DNA of 62,629 nucleotides, filler included, from Dimargaris cristalligena (Eukaryota): NCBI GenBank assembly GCA_003614675.1. It is 2 parts of 2 records of this genome, joined end to end, with 100 filler letters (N's around TTAATTAATTAA, not from the genome) between each part and the next. Parts side by side here need not be neighbours in the genome. Positions count along the whole stretch, not along the records: positions 31,391 to 62,629 come from ML002445.1; 1 more part is not named here. One strand, 5' to 3'. Shown piece by piece: positions 59,524 to 62,629 of this stretch (position 1 is its first letter; each line of letters starts with the position of its first letter). The notes under the pieces were generated by a model. It saw only the letters and a program-made list of their open reading frames with translations, ran no database searches and was not told where the DNA came from. The position numbers and the translations under genes were made by a program.

Positions 59524-60834
59524 TTAAACCACTTGTGAAAGGGGGGGGGACTCAGTGGCGGACTCCGGAGGACCATTGTAGGTGATGGACAGCTCATTCG
59601 CATAGTTGGTTTTCGACGAGTGTTCCGAAAGAACAGGGTGATAATTAAAAATGCCGGTGGTTGTTGATACTTCACGAGGTCCCGGTGCCATTTTTGGGGG
59701 AGAATGATTTAGTATAGAAGGGAATACCCAAGGTAATTCAGCATCGTCCCCGACCAACTGACCTGATCCACTTGAATGGATTCCACTATCGGCGTAGCTC
59801 TGGCTGAATCCGGGCGTATCTCTCCCAAACCGCAGTTTAGGGCCGGGTGGTGCTGAATTCATCTCCCAGTAAGACCCAAAGTCATAGTGATGATTATCAG
59901 TCGAATATGAAGATGTTAGGGCGATTGGTAATTGTCCGGGTACGCCTAAGGGGTGGTACTCAGTCCCACCGGACTGGATGTCATCTGCGGTGGGGGGAAT
60001 ATCATGAGTCCAATCCCTAAGGTAGTGTTCAGTCGTGTCTAAGTGGGAAGGATGGTACGGGGAAGTGAGCGATGCCCAATCAGAAGTCCAGAAATCAAGG
60101 GTTTCATCTGTGGGGTAGTATTCAGCCGTATTCATTAGATGGGATAAATCATCAGATCCCGCAAGCTGAGGTTGGGAATACTCGGGGAGCCACTGGGACA
60201 GCATATCCAGGTGCGAGTCGTCGTATGGCCCCTGGCCGATCGGGTTAGGTGCATATTCGGAGTAGGCCCCGGAAGAACCAGCGGGAAAGTTAAGGGGCGT
60301 GGGCGCTAGCCACGAGTGGGTGCCTTGGGCCTCTGGGAACTCAGAGAATCGCCCCGGCGGTCCAGATTTAAATGATGGGTTCAAGTGGGGGCGATGGGGC
60401 TTTTGATACTCTTCAACCACCGGGGCGTTATGGGTGGAAATAGCCGCTACTGGTGATACAGGCAGCAGTAATGAGTTCCGGGGAGCATCATTGGGCGGTT
60501 TCAACCAAATGGGCCCTGAAAACTGGTTCTCGTCGGGATCAATGTAGAGTAAATTCGGATTAATGAGCATCGGGTGATTGCTGTCCATGGCATATCCCTC
60601 GTTATAGCGCGGCAGCTTGGTATTGGCCACTGTTGACGAAGTACTGCTGGAAGCGGCGGACACGGTGTGCTGTAGGTGTTTAGGCACTAATCGATGCTCG
60701 CCATCCTGCTCAACACCAAAAGGGTATTCGTATTGGTCTTCTGGGCTTGAGGGGTTATAAGATAAAGTAGGGGCTGCCCAGGCGGGATGAGCTAAAAGTA
60801 GCCCCAATACCAGTACTTTAATAGGAAACGGCAT
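59524..60834 (-). CDS. Lineage-specific secreted Pro/Ser-rich protein, 436 aa (3' end possibly frameshifted or decayed)
   Basis: Signal peptide MPFPIKVLVLGLLLAHPAWA; the ORF ends shortly after a C9 run. Confidence 0.7.
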   Translation of the reverse strand: MPFPIKVLVLGLLLAHPAWAAPTLSYNPSSPEDQYEYPFGVEQDGEHRLVPKHLQHTVSAASSSTSSTVANTKLPRYNEGYAMDSNHPMLINPNLLYIDPDENQFSGPIWLKPPNDAPRNSLLLPVSPVAAISTHNAPVVEEYQKPHRPHLNPSFKSGPPGRFSEFPEAQGTHSWLAPTPLNFPAGSSGAYSEYAPNPIGQGPYDDSHLDMLSQWLPEYSQPQLAGSDDLSHLMNTAEYYPTDETLDFWTSDWASLTSPYHPSHLDTTEHYLRDWTHDIPPTADDIQSGGTEYHPLGVPGQLPIALTSSYSTDNHHYDFGSYWEMNSAPPGPKLRFGRDTPGFSQSYADSGIHSSGSGQLVGDDAELPWVFPSILNHSPPKMAPGPREVSTTTGIFNYHPVLSEHSSKTNYANELSITYNGPPESATESPPLSQVV

Positions 60835-62336
60835 TGTTCGCCCAGTAGAGTGTTTTTGAATTTGGGACTTAATGCTAATAGATGAAAGATATAGTAGTTG
60901 ATGGTTCTAAGTAAACGCCAATTGTGAGGAGAAGATATGACTAACGAATAGGCAAGGATTGTCAGCTACTGAATAAGGGAAAAGCACACGTGGTTTCAGT
61001 TGCTAAAATGGGCAAATGTCAATTTTCATTGGAGTGAATGATAATAATAAAGTGATAGAATATTGATCTAAGGGAACAACTTTGATGTCCTCTGGGTAGA
61101 AACCATCTGGGTTTTTATATTAGCTGTTACATTACCGGGGTAGTTCGAAATGCCTTGTTTATCGAACCTATAGTTACAAGGGCCTACCTGTGGATTGGTG
61201 ACTGTGGGCCCGCTGGTGTAGATAAAGACCACACGCTTGGTATAAATAATAAAGGCGGCCAACAGGGATACCCACCATGGTAGCACCATGCCACTGTTCT
61301 CCGTGACAGCCAAGTATACCATACACAGATGCCTTCATAACTGTAGTATAGTATTTCGGAGCAACGGAGCTACTGTAGGTTACAATGAGGCTTTCATGTA
61401 ATACCAATTTCTTAAAAGAATGGAAGTGTGATTGAAATGGGTAGTACTAATGCTGACCCATTCTCTATTCTCCTGTTCTTGACTGGCTCTGTTTTCTTTT
61501 TTATTAAGAAGGTCACTATGAAAAGGGCAATTTCCTTTCTCATAAGCCTCACGACTACCGTGAAGTTGACTTCAATCTTGTAAATGGAAATAAAAGGTGA
61601 TGAAGTTGGTACACAAGTGGAATTTTATTTCGCAAAGCAATGTCTTCCAACTGCAACCGTGGCCCAGTTTGCATTCAGTGGATTCCTATTATATCAATTT
61701 CTCCTTGTTTAAAAACAATATCTTCGTCCTGACCCACTCCCTCCATATGCGAGCAGTCAACTCGACTAAACCAGCATTGGTGATCATTATACGCTTACAT
61801 TTGCTACCCCCAATGACCCAGCATGACTTACCTCGCAGCCCTTTTCCCTAAATACCGCACTGATTGGCCTCTTTATAGCCGATCCGAATTTTCGGTATTT
61901 TAGCATCTAGTGTATTATACAGCTACTATAGTAATGCCTGCAGTCCAGCCTGATATACACTGCCGAGCCCTCCTCTTTTTCGATCTAACGAGTCCCTGCC
62001 TTCCGGCGAATCCTTCAGTTTTTACATATACAATAGATCATCCACGGGCAGAAATCGTCAAGAATGAGTAGGGAAAAAGTAGTGAGATGGTCCATTAGAG
62101 AAGTCCGCGAAAAACAGGAATGGTTGATTCTAGAGCTAAGAAGTGATGCTGTCGGGGATAGAAATCCCCAAATTGTTAATTGCAGCTGAAATACCATCCT
62201 AGTTATTTGGTTTAGACTCCCCAACATAAAGTATAAGGAAATTGGTATTATTCCACAATATTATTTACCTCGGTAAAATATTATTTGTCGGTATTGTTGG
62301 AATACTAAGGTTTGTAAAGGAAATAAAACTGGAAGT

Positions 62337-62393
62337 AAGGGAAGAAAGCAGCTAGAGGACGGTAGGTACCTCTAGGTGGTTAGTTTTATTGAA
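62337..62393. repeat. 57-bp conserved non-coding element, copy B
   Basis: 54/57 identical to 58565-58621. Confidence 0.9.
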
Positions 62394-62629
62394 CTGTAAT
62401 TTTCTGTGTGGTAAAATATAAGTGGTTAACATGAAAGATCTAATGATAGTAGAATAAACTAATATGATTGGATGTGTCGCCCCTCCTAATCCATCCTAAT
62501 CCAACCAATATGACCACCGTCATATCAGGCCGTATAGCGCCATATTGTACCCCCCGGTGTGGCAAGGTGTACTGTCCCCCTATAAGCCACACTAATTATA
62601 TTACTATTATTATTATTATGCAGGGTATG

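Overview
Eukaryotic, clearly fungal, nuclear DNA with GT-AG introns of about 120-370 nt. An early-diverging lineage such as Zoopagomycota is only my inference from protein style. The window is two contigs joined by an N-gap with a TTAATTAATTAA linker (31291-31390). Housekeeping genes: RRN7/TAF1B, a mitochondrial PPR protein, SOF1, an RsfS/ATP25-N protein, a probable RMP1/NEPRO, UBP2, HCS1/IGHMBP2 (frameshifted), FUM1, ERV1, a SAPS-like giant protein, an Ino4-like bHLH factor, and a five-exon DDP1/Aps1 Nudix gene that the ORF track shows only as one exon fragment. Accessory content includes several lineage-specific secreted proteins, decayed CpG-depleted DNA and a dispersed hairpin repeat. Best leads: (1) a 63-aa prepropeptide predicted to release an 18-aa cationic amphipathic peptide (GKIWEGVKKAGKFALGLL) resembling scorpion IsCT and frog-type antimicrobial peptides; (2) two unannotated, densely base-paired intergenic RNA candidates (11747-12086 +, 1437-1658 -); (3) a RIP-like C>T/G>A hypermutated tract; (4) recurrent +1 frameshifts at C-runs. 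All gene models, counts and pairings were derived by eye, with no database searches.
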